Shown here: piece by piece, positions 1 through 13,115 of the stretch
Layout of the letters: each line of letters starts with the position of its first letter
How positions within the stretch are numbered: the first letter of the stretch is position 1
DNA from: Cyanophora paradoxa CCMP329
Lineage: Eukaryota > Plantae > Glaucophyta
Assembly (NCBI GenBank): GCA_004431415.1
Contig: QPMI01000029.1
Span: forward strand, 62,001 to 126,000
Direction: 5' to 3'
DNA length: 64,000 nucleotides
Program-made: the position numbers and the translations under genes
The notes under the pieces: model-generated
What the model saw: the letters and a program-made list of their open reading frames with translations, nothing else
What the model was told of the DNA's origin: nothing
Database searches by the model: none

Positions 1-1372
1 CGAGAGCGTGCTTAAGCTTGGCGCTGATCGGCGGGCGTGCACGTGCACGTGCGCAGCGCCGCGGGGGTGGACTTGCTCGACAGCCTCGTCGGGGACGGGA
101 AGTTTGCGTACGAGGCCACGGGTACGTGAGAATGTTCTTTCAGCTTCTCCCCTTCCTCTGCCTCCCCAAAGCCGATATCTTCTCGTTCTGTCCTCTTTTA
201 TCCTGCATTCGACTCCGCTCCTGTCGAATTGAATCGGGGCCCGGGCCGCAGGCTGCGGCGCGAACGTCTACCTCGTCGACTCGGTGAGCCCCTTGATATC
301 GATCGAGCCCGGCCAGCGCCCCTTTCTGCTCACCCCCCCCCCTTCCCAGGGCATCAACTTCGACCTGTACCCCGCCCAGTTCGGGCGCAGGGCCTCCGTG
401 GTCTTCGACAACGTGCACGGTGCGAGCTCGAGCTCGAGCGCTCCGCGTCCCAGTGGCGGCCCGGCCGCATCGCGTGCTTGACTCGGCCTGTACGTGTGTG
501 CAGCCCAGGGGACCCTCTTTTCAAGAGGGACTGCAACGGGTGGGTCGCCTCCCCCCCCTCCCCCCCTCCCCCCCCCCTCCCCCCTCCCCATCCCGCCCCA
601 TCCCGCCCGGACTGGACCCCTCACTCTTCCCTCCTCCTTTCCTTCCCCCGCATCCGCGTTTTCGCCCTGCGTGCTGAACCGTGTACACGTGCCAGGCCCT
701 GACATGACCCGCGCGCGTATCGAACAGTCCGCGAGCGTTGTGGGGTCGGCCACTTACGGCGCTGCCAAGCTTGCGAAGCGTGCGCCGGCGCCACGGCCCG
801 CTTTAATTTACTCGAAACTAACTCGTGGGAGGGTCCGACGTCGACGGTCATGGCCATGGGTCTGTATGCAGTTTTCGGGGTGCGTAACCGCTGTACATGT
901 GCCACGCATGCGCAGTCACTGTATGAGCGCTCGAGCCCGATATCGATTGCAGGTCAAGGTCTTCGGCTGCTCTTCAGTAGCCCCCGTTTCCGGCATGATC
1001 GCTGGGGCGGATTTCGTCTTGGTGCCTACGCATCGCGCTTTCAGAGCGGATTAAAGATAACGACAACGCGCAATTTATAATTTTTAACTCTAGATCTGTC
1101 GCAGGCCAACGCACAGAAGCCGGCGGTCGCCCTTCTGCCTTCGTCACAGACGCGTCATCGAATTTGGACGCGGCCGTGAACAAGCGCGCGCTTACATATC
1201 CTGCTGTTGTCTCGCGATCGGCGTCTGATCGAAGGCGCTACGAATACCGTCCGGTCCGTGGCCGCCGCAGACTCACTGACGCCGGCATCGTAGTCGTCAC
1301 CGGCGCCGGAAACAATCGGGGCGGCGATAGCTGCAGGTTTTCCCCCGCGCGTGTTCCCTCGGTGCGTGCTCT
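1..1372 (+). pseudogene. Truncated fragment of the subtilase (S8) gene
   Basis: Exons DPLFKRDCNG, SVVGSATYGAAK and GIVVVTGAGNNRGGDSCRFSPARVPS match 18770-20164. The GHGTH micro-exon is missing and similarity stops before the catalytic Ser exon. Confidence 0.8.
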
Positions 1373-2989
1373 AGAAAACCCGCCGGGTCTAGGCCTCCGG
1401 TACCGGGTTTGGGCATATTTTCCCTCGATCGTGCACACTGTGACACACACGCGCGATCGACGCGATCGATCGGCGCGGGCGGGGCGCCGCTCGCCCTCGA
1501 AGAGGGAGACGAGAGGAGAGGAGGCCGGGCAAGAGGAGGCCGGGCAAGAGGAATGTTTTTTTGCAAAAGTGGACGTCGCATTGATACACCACGGCACATG
1601 TATCAATGTTCTACGTGACGTGCCCTTCCGACCGGTCAGCTATCTAGCCGAAGGTGCTAGCTAGGTGCCGGCCATGGGTCGCTCAATATGGGAGGTTCGC
1701 CTGAGTGGGGGAGCCATGGTTTTCGGTGATAGCCGTAACCAGACCCGCGCGCCCACCCTTGATCAACTCCTCCATCCCTCATGAGCCCTGGAAGTGAAAT
1801 GTCTCGCAGTCCGCCGCCTCCTTGCCGCCGCTCCGCCACCCCTCCTCCTCCTCACTCTGCCTCCTCCCTCCTCCTCACCTGCGCCCCAGGACCCCGATTA
1901 ATCGGTGTCCCGTTTTGTCGAGGTGAAGAAGGTGGTAGGAGGAAGATATGAGGAAGGAGAGGGAGTGGGCGGAGGCAGCGGTAGGGGGTGGGCAGCGGAT
2001 GCGGGGCAGGGCGGGGAAGGGTGCGGGGATAAAAGAATGGAGAGAGCGTGGGCACTGACAGGCGGCGCAGAGAGTTGGGAGTGCGGAGGCGAGGCGGGCC
2101 GCGAGGGGTCTGGAGGGGTCAACCGGGTTAGGGGGGGGGGCCGTGGTCCGAGGGGTGGCCGAAGCCGTGGTGTCGGTAGTCGAAGGTGTAGGCTAATCAT
2201 AAGATCGCCCGTCGTGTTCGACGTAAGCTTGTTATTCTGTCTTAGCCACGTCGTCTAGCAGCTAGGGAATCAGAATTCGAAGCGCCTGAATCGTATTGGT
2301 GGCGACATCAATATAGCCATACCAGTGTCGCGGGCGAAATCTTAGGTGGATGCCTAGCGTTGTTGCGAAAAACGGCCCCTGGCTTTCTCCCGCGGAGTCC
2401 GCTTTGCGGCCTTAGCCGGCCATGCGGCCCTTCAAACCTTTGAAGAGGTTCCGGATCCGGAGCTCCGAGTGCGGAATAAATGTCATGCTGGCGCAGCGTC
2501 TTTAACAATAAGCGTTTATAATAAGCGGGCCGGGAGACTCAAACAGTTGATCCGCGTTTTTGGCGTATATTAAAGCTTTCTCCTTACCAAACTTTGAAAA
2601 GCTTGCTGGTCGCCTGATATACGTCGACGTCGACGCTGACGGCAGATCTCGACGTCGACGGCAGCCCTTGCAATTGCACCACAAAAATATCAATGCAACA
2701 CAAAATCTCTAAAGAATCAGCACAAAAGAATTAGCAAATCGAAATCTGAGCCGTCCTAGGTATGATATCATCCTCTAGCTTCTCCGTCGAAGCCTTTCCT
2801 TCAGCTCCACTCCGGATTCTCCACAAAAGTTTCGAAGAAGAAGCAACACACAAAAGAAGACCTAATTATAAAGAATCAGAGCCACTGAGCGGCCTGGGTC
2901 TGATCTCAAGAGCTGGCTAAACCTACCGTTGTACTATAGCTAGCTATATTACTGCATGCGCTTGTAAATTTAAAGCTGGCCCATTGAAT

Positions 2990-4954
2990 TCACCAATAAA
3001 AGCCCCGAAGCCGCCAAAACCCCGAACCTCCGAAACCTGGGCCCGCAAAGCCTCCGAAAGGCGGGTACATCGGCATTCCAAATTGTACCGATGCTGGGTT
3101 GACGTACTGGGGGTTACCACTGCTGTTAATATAATAGTGACCGCCTTGAGGCCCACATGAATATCATGCCGTGGTATGTCGGTTGTGCAAATGCTGCTGC
3201 GTTTACGCTGGCCATTTGTTGCGCCATTTGTATGGCAATGGCCGCCGCCGCAGCTGTTGAGGTCCTTTCGCGCTCGTACTCATCCCGCTGCAGCTTTTCA
3301 TTCAGCTCCCGCTCCTCCCTAGCCTGCTTCTGCTTCAGCTCCTGCTCCGCCCTCATGTTTCGCTCCAGTTCTTCCTTCTCCTCGCGCAACTTCTTCTCCA
3401 GCTCCTCCTGCTTCCTTTGCTCCTCCGCCTTCCGCGCAATGGCTTCGGCCTCCGCCGCCGCGCCTCGATGCCTTCCCGCCTGACATCTTCGTACTCCCTT
3501 CCGAGGTCCTCTGCGGGGGCCAGGCGAGCCGGCCCCTGCATGACCTCCTCCCGCCACAGCCCGTCGACGTCCGCCGAAGGCTGAAGTACGAGGCGCCGCC
3601 GGATCTCTGAGGCTGCAAGGAGCAGCGCCTGCTGGGCCTTGGCTGCGCTGTTTGACAGCAGCCGTTGAAGGGCGTCCTGCTGAGCCAGCGCCGCCTCCGT
3701 CTTGCACGAGACGCCGAACTCGATTAGACCAGGCACGCCAGGTGGCGCCTCGAAAGCGCGTGGCGCGGCCGCTGCAGCTGACTCCAGAATATCGCCGAGC
3801 TCCCTTGGTGCCAGCGGCAGCTTTTCCATGGCGTCGATTTCCGCATCAGAAATCGCTTTGCGAACCGCAGCTGGAAGCGATCGTACGCATCAGGCTGCAG
3901 CTGGAAGTTCGACGGCAGAGAAAGACATGTGCACGTGCACACCGAGAGTGTTGTTCATGCGGTTGCGCCAGGAAACAATCTCCCTCTCGTTGGCCTTCAA
4001 CAAAGCGTGGAGAGCAGTCTGAAGGAGGGGCTGCACAATCGCGTTGGAGAGTTTAATGCATATGCAAAGGGGCATTTACACCGTTAAATGAATAAAATGC
4101 GATATCTTAGTCCGAGGCACCGTAGCGCTAGCACACACCTTAACCAGGACGGGCCATGGAAGAGCTTCCCGCACCGCGCGCCGATTTTCACAGGGCACGG
4201 AGACCAGCGCCTCGAGGGCCGCAAAGGACGCTATCCCTGCGCTGCCTTCGAGACCGATTCGGGCGATGCCGGAAGCAGAACTTCGATCTTCTCCTTCCCG
4301 ACGCGAATAATGTGCACGCGATTGTGCACGTCGCCATCGCTGATCGGGGTCTCCCGATTGCCGATCGCGTTGACGAGCGACGCCGATGCAGCTCGAACAA
4401 GCTCGGTGGCATGGCGCTGGACCGAATCCGCTGCCACTTGCAGCCGCTGCACCGCAGCAGCCACCTCCTTCTCAACGAAGACCGTGCACCGTTCCTTCAG
4501 CTCGTCCTCAAAACTGGATTAATTATATATATAATTTTAGTTTCAATTTGGCCGATTAAAATTTAGAAATGCGGGCATATGACGGAGATACCATGTGCAT
4601 GATTCGATGCGATCGATGAGCCACGGCCAAAGCTCATTCAGAAGAGCGTTTCGCGCAGCATCGCACCGCTTCTCCGCTTCTGCGGCCATCGCGGCTGCCG
4701 ACAGAAGACGGCCAGCGGGCAGTGGGAGCAGGTGCGTCGCGGCAACATCGTCGACACAGCGATGCGCGCTCGCCTGCTTCGCCACCTCCAGCGCGCTCAG
4801 CAAGGGCATTCCAGGGGCGGCCTGGTCGAACGAATGCAAATTAAATCAACGATCAACGATAAACGGATTAATAAATAAATGCGAACCGCGAGCTGCGCGA
4901 CTATCTCGGCGACGAGGGGCCCGCTGCAGCGGGCCGCGGGGAGGCCGGGCGTAG
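2990..4954 (-). pseudogene. 3' half of the GBP/atlastin-like gene, lacking the GTPase domain
   Basis: Near-identical to 11144-13115. Upstream of 4954 it is joined to unrelated sequence, so P-loop, DxEG and RD exons are absent. Confidence 0.85.
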
Positions 4955-6613
4955 AGGAGGACGTCGCGCCCCGGGAACCATCCCGGGGGCTCCCTGGGAC
5001 CATCGAGGGCGAGGGCGAGAGCGGCGCCGGCGCCAGCGATGGCGATCGCGAGCCAAGTCGCGTGCCCGAAGCGGAACACGCGTAGAATCCAGATCCAGTC
5101 CGCCCGCGGCGCCGCCTAACTGGTCATTACTAGTTATGGCATGCGCATCCTCTCCGGCACTCGTGCCGCTAGAGCTCTTTCATTTCGGCTTTATAGTTAA
5201 TTTGCGCGCCCTGTTTCCGTGTTTCCACTCCAATTGCTTTCTTGGTTCAGTATTGACATCGGACTCCGGGATCCGGAGCGGCTCGCGATCGATATCTATA
5301 TATACTACGATATATAGCCTGCAGCTGCTGACATGTATATGTACAGGCATGATCATGACGACTTTTGATATTAGCTTTTCGACGCCAACCCGTCCAGCGG
5401 TAGTTAACTTGCAGAATAGTAGCGAAAGTACTCAGTGTGTGACTGTACGTGCATTAGTGTTTCTGTTGATGGCCATTGTATAATTTTTGCATTTCTTCAT
5501 TCATTTTCTTTCCATTCTAGGTCGATGTACCGTACCGGACTAATTCTATCTATCTATATATAGCACGACACTTTCAGTTACCTAAGTGCGTGTAGGAGAC
5601 CATTATAATTAGGTTATGGCCAGCAAACTCGCAGCTCGCAGCCGCGCAGAGCCCCACGAATCGCAAAGCCCATCTGTCGATAGTCGAGAGTGTAGGCTAA
5701 TATTAATCATAAGATCGCCCGTGGGGGAAGCTCGAAGGCCCCAGTCTTGTTATTAATTAGAATAGCCTAGCCACGTTGCCACGTAGCCTAGCGCCTGAAT
5801 TAGAATCAGAATTCGAAGCCTGTCTCTCTGGTGGGGAATCAGAATTCGAAGCGCTCGAATCGTATTGGTGACGACATCAATATAACCATACCAGTACTAG
5901 TGTCGCGGGCCGGGCGAAATATTAATCTTGGGCGCCGGCGGCTGCCCAGCGTTGTTGCGGAAAACGGCCCTGGGCTTAAGCGCTATCCCTCCCGGAGTCA
6001 GCTGGCCTCCCGCTTTCGCTTTCCCTGGGCCTCATGATCATGATCAGCTGGCCACAGTGGCCAGGACCTGGCCTGCAGGCTGCAGCCTGCAGCTGGCATG
6101 GCCGGCCTCGGCCGGCGCGGCCATGCGGTCCATGCGGCCCTTCAAAACTTGAATCGAAGGGGGACCGGATCGCAATCGGAACAATCCGAGTGCTCCGAGT
6201 GCGGAACAATCTGTGCGCTTTGATTCGCCGCTTTTCGGATCCTCAAAACCGGAGCTCCGAGTGCGGAACAATCTGTGCGCTTTGATTCGCCGCTTTTCGG
6301 ATCCTCACGTTCAAGTTCGGTAGCTTCTCCGCGAAAACAAGTCCTGATCATGAATTGAAAGCTTGACGTTTCGAACCTCCGAATCGTTCAAAGGTTTGAT
6401 TTGGAGTGAATTTTTTGCTTTTTGGATAACTTTCACGTACCCCAGGTCCCCACTGCTGTTTGTTCGGAAGCCAGCCTGGGCGCCCAGGCGGCACAGCTAA
6501 CTGCAGTCTGCAGCGCGAGAGCACCCGCGAAAGCGAACTAATACTATGAAACTCGGCCGTGCGCCCCCAGCGCACGGCGCAGGCCCGGCCGCGGGCGACG
6601 GAGGCCGTTGAAA

Positions 6614-9520
6614 ATGCAGATGGCGCCCATGCGCATGCATATGCTGGCGTGCACAGCGATTCTGCTGCTGGTGCGGGCGTCGTCCGTGTCGGCGCGCGAA
6701 GTCCCGAGTGATCCGGCTGCTACGTATACGCGTACGTATACCGAAGTCGCGCGGCCGGCGCCGCGGGCCGTGCCCGCCGGCCCCCCGGCGTTCGCTACGC
6801 TGTCGAACGTGACAGAGGGCCGCTACATCGTCGTACGTGCCGCCTCGCGCTTAGCTGCAGCCCCGGATCTCCCGGAGTCCGGCGCCGGCGCCCGCGTCCT
6901 CTACAGCTAGCGCGCTGCAGCTGCAGCTGCAGCTATAGCTATAGCTGTCCAATTAATCGATCCACCCACGCGGAATTGCAAGCTCGATGAACTGACGCCA
7001 GGGGCCGCCGGGCGCCCCCGCCCGGCGCGCAGCGTTTCAAGGAAGGCGCGGCTCGCCTCGCCGCGGGCCGCCGCCTCCGCCTCCGCGCCGCCGGCGCCAG
7101 CCCCAGCTTCCACGAGGCGGCCCACGTGCTGATCGGGCGGCTGCGGGAGCGCCTGCAGCGCGCGGCCCGGCGCCAGGTCCGTCGCGCGCATTGAGAGTTC
7201 CGCCGGGTCCGACGGTCCGTCCGTCCGTTCTGGCAGCTCCTCCGCCACATGGAGAGCGTCCTCGCCGTGGACCACGTCTACCACGGCGTCTTCCCGGGCT
7301 TCGTAGGCCGTAGGCCGTATCCCCCCCAATTCCCCTCTTTCTTTCTCCTCTCTTTCAAGTTTAACATACCCACGCCCTCCGGATTCCCCTCCCCCCTCCT
7401 CCCCCCCCCGGCCCCCCTCAGCCTCCCCCCCTCCCCAACCCCCTTCAACCCCGCCCCCCCTCCCCCCCCGGCGGCTGTTCCCCCTTTGGAGACCTGCCTA
7501 GCCCTCGGCAGCTGCTGCCCTCCGCCCTCGTCCCTTTCGTCTCTGCCCTCTCTCGTCCTCCTCTCGTCCCTTCCCCGCTCCCCGCCAACCCGCCCACCAC
7601 CTACCCGCCCAACCCTTACCCACCCCCTCCTTCTACCCCTCCTCCCTCTCCGCCTCCCCTATCTTCTTTAGCGTTTCTTCCTTTCTATCGCGGCCCATCG
7701 AAGCGCCCCCCCCCCCCCTCGCGCCCCCCCCCCGGCCCCCCTTCCCTCCCCGCCCCGCCCCCGCCCCCCCCCCCCCCCCACCCACCCTCCCCCTCTCCAC
7801 TTCCCCTCTCAACGCACCCGCCGCAGAATGTCGGCGGCAGCCGCGGCGCTGGCGCGGGGCGACCCGGCAGTGGAGACGATCGAGGCAGACGGGGTGGCAC
7901 ATCTCACCGGGTTCACCACCCAGACCAGCGGTCCGCGCTCGCGCTCGCGAATTCGAATTGCGAAGGGCCCGCCGCCCCCCTATATATAGCTACAGCAGGG
8001 AGTACTGCGGCGAGGCTAGCGCTAGACCTTAGCATCTAAACTTCAATTTAACCTTGAGGATCTACAAGCTTAAGAAAGCCCTAGATTTAGAGCCGCGGGG
8101 CCGGGCTTCTAGCTGGACCGTCGACGTCTGCAGACGAGAGCGTGCTTAAGCTTGGCGCTGATCGGCGGGCGTGCACGTGCACGTGCGCAGCGCCGCGGGG
8201 GGTGGACTTGCTCGACAGCCTCGTCGGGGACGGGAAGTTTGCGTACGAGGCCACGGGTACGTGAGAATGTTCTTTCAGCTTCTCCCCCTTCCTCTGCCTC
8301 CCCAAAGCCGATATCTTCTCGTTCTGTCCTCTTTTATCCTGCATTCGACTCCGCTCCTGTCGAATTGAATCCGGGGCCCGGGCCGCAGGCTGCGGCGCGA
8401 ACGTCTACCTCGTCGACTCGGTGAGCCCCTTGATATCGATCGAGCCCGGCCAGCGCCCCTTTCTGCTCACCCCCCCCCCTTCCCAGGGCATCAACTTCGA
8501 CCTGTACCCCGCCCAGTTCGGGCGCAGGGCCTCCGTGGTCTTCGACAACGTGCACGGTGCGAGCTCGAGCTCGAGCGCTCCGCGTCCCAGTGGCGGCCCG
8601 GCCGCATCGCGTGCTTGACTCGGCCCTGTACGTGTGTGCAGCCCAGGGGGACCCTCTTTTCAAGAGGGACTGCAACGGGTGGGTCGCCTCCCCCCCCTCC
8701 CCCCCCTCCCCCCCCCCCCCCCCCCCTCCCCATCCCGCCCCCATCCCGCCCCGGACTGGACCCCTCACTCTTCCCTCCTCCTTTCCTTCCCCCGCATCCG
8801 CGTTGTCGCCCTGCGTGCTGAACCGTGTACACGTGCCAGGCCCTGACATGACCCGCGCGCGTATCGAACAGTCCACGAGCGTTGTGGGGTCGGCCACTTA
8901 CGGCGCTGCCAAGCTTGCGAAGCGTGCGCCGGCGCCACGGCCCGCTTTAATTTACTCGAAACTAACTCGTGGGAGGGTCCGACGTCGACGGTCATGGCCA
9001 TGGGTCTGTATGCAGTTTTCGGGGTGCGTAACCGCTGTACATGTGCCACGCATGCGCAGTCACTGTATGAGCGCTCGAGCCCGATATCGATTGCAGGTCA
9101 AGGTCTTCGGCTGCTCTTCAGTAGCCCCCGTTTCCGGCATGATCGCTGGGGCGGATTTCGTCTTGGTGCCTACGCATCGCGCTTTCAGAGCGGATTAAAG
9201 ATAAACGACAACGCGCAATTTATAATTTTTAACTCTAGATCTGTCGCAGGCCAACGCACAGAAGCCGGCGGTCGCCCTTCTGCCCTTCGTCACAGACGCG
9301 TCATCGAATTTGGACGCGGCCGTGAACAAGCGCGCGCTTACATATCCTGCTGTTGTCTCGCGATCGGCGTCTGATCGAAGGCGCTACGAATACCGTCCCG
9401 GTCCGTGGCCGCCGCAGACTCACTGACGCCGGCATCGTAGTCGTCACCGGCGCCGGAAACAATCGGGGCGGCGATAGCTGCAGGTTTTCCCCCGCGCGTG
9501 TTCCCTCGGTGCGTGCTCTA
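6614..9520 (+). pseudogene. Truncated 5' copy of the subtilase gene (signal peptide, prodomain, partial catalytic domain)
   Basis: MAPMRMHMLACTAILLLV signal peptide and exons colinear with 16965-20164. The catalytic His micro-exon is deleted and the copy ends after ...SPARVPS. Confidence 0.8.
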
Positions 9521-12500
9521 GAGAACCCGCCGGGTCTAGGCCTCCGGTACCGGGTTTGGGCATATTTTCCCTCGATCGTGCACACTGTGACACACACGCG
9601 CGATCGACGCGATCGATCGGCGCGGGCGGGGCGCCGCTCGCCCTCGAAGAGGGAGACGAGAGGAGAGGAGGCCGGGCAAGAGGAGGCCGGGCAAGAGGAA
9701 TGTTTTTTGCAAAAGTGGACGTCGCATTGATACACCACGGCACATGTATCAATGTTCTACGTGACGTGCCCTTCCGACCGGTCAGCTATCTAGCCGAAGG
9801 TGCTAGCTAGGTGCCGGCCATGGGTCGCTCAATATGGGAGGTTCGCCTGAGTGGGGGAGCCATGGTTTTCGGTGATAGCCGTAACCAGACCCGCGCGCCC
9901 ACCCCTTGATCAACTCCTCCATCCCTCATGAGCCCTGGAAGTGAAATGTCTCGCAGTCCGCCGCCCTCCCTTGCCGCCGCTCCGCCACCCCTCCTCCTCC
10001 TCACTCTGCCTCCTCCCTCCTCCTCACCTGCGCCCCAGGACCCCGATTAATCGGTGTCCCGTTTTGTCGAGGTGAAGAAGGTGGTAGGAGGAAGATATGA
10101 GGAAGGAGAGGGAGTGGGCGGAGGCAGCGGTAGGGGGTGGGCAGCGGATGCGGGGCAGGGCGGGGAAGGGTGCGGGGATAAAAGAATGGAGAGAGCGTGG
10201 GCACTGACAGGCGGCGCAGAGAGTTGGGAGTGCGGAGGCGAGGCGGGCCGCGAGGGGTCTGGAGGGGTCAACCGGGTTAGGGGGGGGGGCCGTGGTCCGA
10301 GGGGTGGCCGAAGCCGTGGTGTCGGTAGTCGAAGGTGTAGGCTAATCATAAGATCGCCCGTCGTGTTCGACGTAAGCTTGTTATTCTGTCTTAGCCACGT
10401 CGTCTAGCAGCTAGGGAATCAGAATTCGAAGCGCCTGAATCGTATTGGTGGCGACATCAATATAGCCATACCAGTGTCGCGGGCGAAATCTTAGGTGGAT
10501 GCCTAGCGTTGTTGCGAAAAACGGCCCCTGGCTTTCTCCCGCGGAGTCCGCTTTGCGGCCTTAGCCGGCCATGCGGCCCTTCAAACCTTTGAAGAGGTTC
10601 CGGATCCGGAGCTCCGAGTGCGGAATAAATGTCATGCTGGCGCAGCGTCTTTAACAATAAGCGTTTATAATAAGCGGGCCGGGAGACTCAAAACAGTTGA
10701 TCCGCGTTTTTGGCGTATATTAAAGCTTTCTCCTTACCAAACTTTGAAAAGCTTGCTGGTCGCCTGATATACGTCGACGTCGACGCTGACGGCAGATCTC
10801 GACGTCGACGGCAGCCCCTTGCAATTGCACCACAAAAATATCAATGCAACACAAAATCTCTAAAGAATCAGCACAAAAGAATTAGCAAATCGAAATCTGA
10901 GCCGTCCTAGGTATGATATCATCCTCTAGCTTCTCCCGTCGAAGCCTTTCCTTCAGCTCCCACTCCGGATTCTCCACAAAAGTTTCGAAGAAGAAGCAAC
11001 ACACAAAAGAAGACCTAATTATAAAGAATCAGAGCCACTGAGCGGCCCTGGGTCTGATCTCAAGAGCTGGCTAAACCTACCGTTGTACTATAGCTAGCTA
11101 TATTACTGCATGCGCTTGTAAATTTAAAGCTGGCCCATTGAATTCACCAATAAAAGCCCCCGAAGCCGCCAAAACCCCCGAACCCTCCGAAACCTGGGCC
11201 CGCAAAGCCTCCGAAAGGCGGGTACATCGGCATTCCAAATTGTACCGATGCTGGGTTGACGTACTGGGGGTTACCACTGCTGTTAATATAATAGTGACCG
11301 CCTTGAGGCCCCACATGAATATCATGCCCGTGGTATGTCGGTTGTGCAAATGCTGCTGCGTTTACGCTGGCCATTTGTTGCGCCATTTGTATGGCAATGG
11401 CCGCCGCCGCAGCTGTTGAGGTCCTTTCGCGCTCGTACTCATCCCGCTGCAGCTTTTCATTCAGCTCCCGCTCCTCCCTAGCCTGCTTCTGCTTCAGCTC
11501 CTGCTCCGCCCTCATGTTTCGCTCCAGTTCTTCCTTCTCCTCGCGCAACTTCTTCTCCAGCTCCTCCTGCTTCCTTTGCTCCTCCGCCTTCCGCGCAATG
11601 GCTTCGGCCTCCCGCCGCCGCGCCTCGATGCCTTCCCGCCTGACATCTTCGTACTCCCTTCCGAGGTCCTCTGCGGGGGCCAGGCGAGCCGGCCCCTGCA
11701 TGACCTCCTCCCGCCACAGCCCGTCGACGTCCGCCGAAGGCTGAAGTACGAGGCGCCGCCGGATCTCTGAGGCTGCAAGGAGCAGCGCCTGCTGGGCCTT
11801 GGCTGCGCTGTTTGACAGCAGCCGTTGAAGGGCGTCCTGCTGAGCCAGCGCCGCCTCCGTCTTGCACGAGACGCCGAACTCGATTAGACCAGGCACGCCA
11901 GGTGGCGCCTCGAAAGCGCGTGGCGCGGCCGCTGCAGCTGACTCCAGAATATCGCCGAGCTCCCTTGGTGCCAGCGGCAGCTTTTCCATGGCGTCGATTT
12001 CCGCATCAGAAATCGCTTTGCGAACCGCAGCTGGAAGCGATCGTACGCATCAGGCTGCAGCTGGAAGTTCGACGGCAGAGAAAGACATGTGCACGTGCAC
12101 ACCGAGAGTGTTGTTCATGCGGTTGCGCCAGGAAACAATCTCCCTCTCGTTGGCCTTCAACAAAGCGTGGAGAGCAGTCTGAAGGAGGGGCTGCACAATC
12201 GCGTTGGAGAGTTTAATGCATATGCAAAGGGGCATTTACACCGTTAAATGAATAAAATGCGATATCTTAGTCCGAGGCACCGTAGCGCTAGCACACACCT
12301 TAACCAGGACGGGCCATGGAAGAGCTTCCCGCACCGCGCGCCGATTTTCACAGGGCACGGAGACCAGCGCCTCGAGGGCCGCAAAGGACGCTATCCCCTG
12401 CGCTGCCTTCGAGACCGATTCGGGCGATGCCGGAAGCAGAACTTCGATCTTCTCCTTCCCGACGCGAATAATGTGCACGCGATTGTGCACGTCGCCATCG

Positions 12501-13115
12501 CTGATCGGGGTCTCCCGATTGCCGATCGCGTTGACGAGCGACGCCGATGCAGCTCGAACAAGCTCGGTGGCATGGCGCTGGACCGAATCCGCTGCCACTT
12601 GCAGCCGCTGCACCGCAGCAGCCACCTCCTTCTCAACGAAGACCGTGCACCGTTCCTTCAGCTCGTCCTCAAAACTGGATTAATTATATATAAAATTTTA
12701 GTTTCAATTTGGCCGATTAAAATTTAGAAATGCGGGCATATGACGGAGATACCATGTGCATGATTCGATGCGATCGATGAGCCACGGCCAAAGCTCATTC
12801 AGAAGAGCGTTTCGCGCAGCATCGCACCGCTTCTCCGCTTCTGCGGCCATCGCGGCTGCCGACAGAAGACGGCCAGCGGGCAGTGGGAGCAGGTGCGTCG
12901 CGGCAACATCGTCGACACAGCGATGCGCGCTCGCCTGCTTCGCCACCTCCAGCGCGCTCAGCAAGGGCATTCCAGGGGCGGCCTGGTCGAACGAATGCAA
13001 ATTAAATCAACGATCAACGATAAACGGATTAATAAATAAATGCGAACCGCGAGCTGCGCGACTATCTCGGCGACGAGGGGCCCGCTGCAGCGGGCCGCGG
13101 GGAGGCCGGGCGTAG
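8135..13115. repeat. Segmental duplication copy 2
   Basis: Colinear near-identity with 1-4954. Confidence 0.95.

Larger units (their letters stand above)
1..4954. repeat. Segmental duplication copy 1 (runs off the window start), near-identical to 8135-13115
   Basis: Starts cgagagcgtgcttaagc as at 8135 and stays colinear to ...ggaggccgggcgtag (4954 / 13115). Differences are mostly homopolymer lengths. Confidence 0.95.

Noticed and set aside
4955-5120. New chimeric gene fusing a hydrophobic exon to the GBP C-terminus
   Set aside because: The hydrophobic frame has no ATG and is out of frame with the GBP exon at the junction; no support without transcripts.
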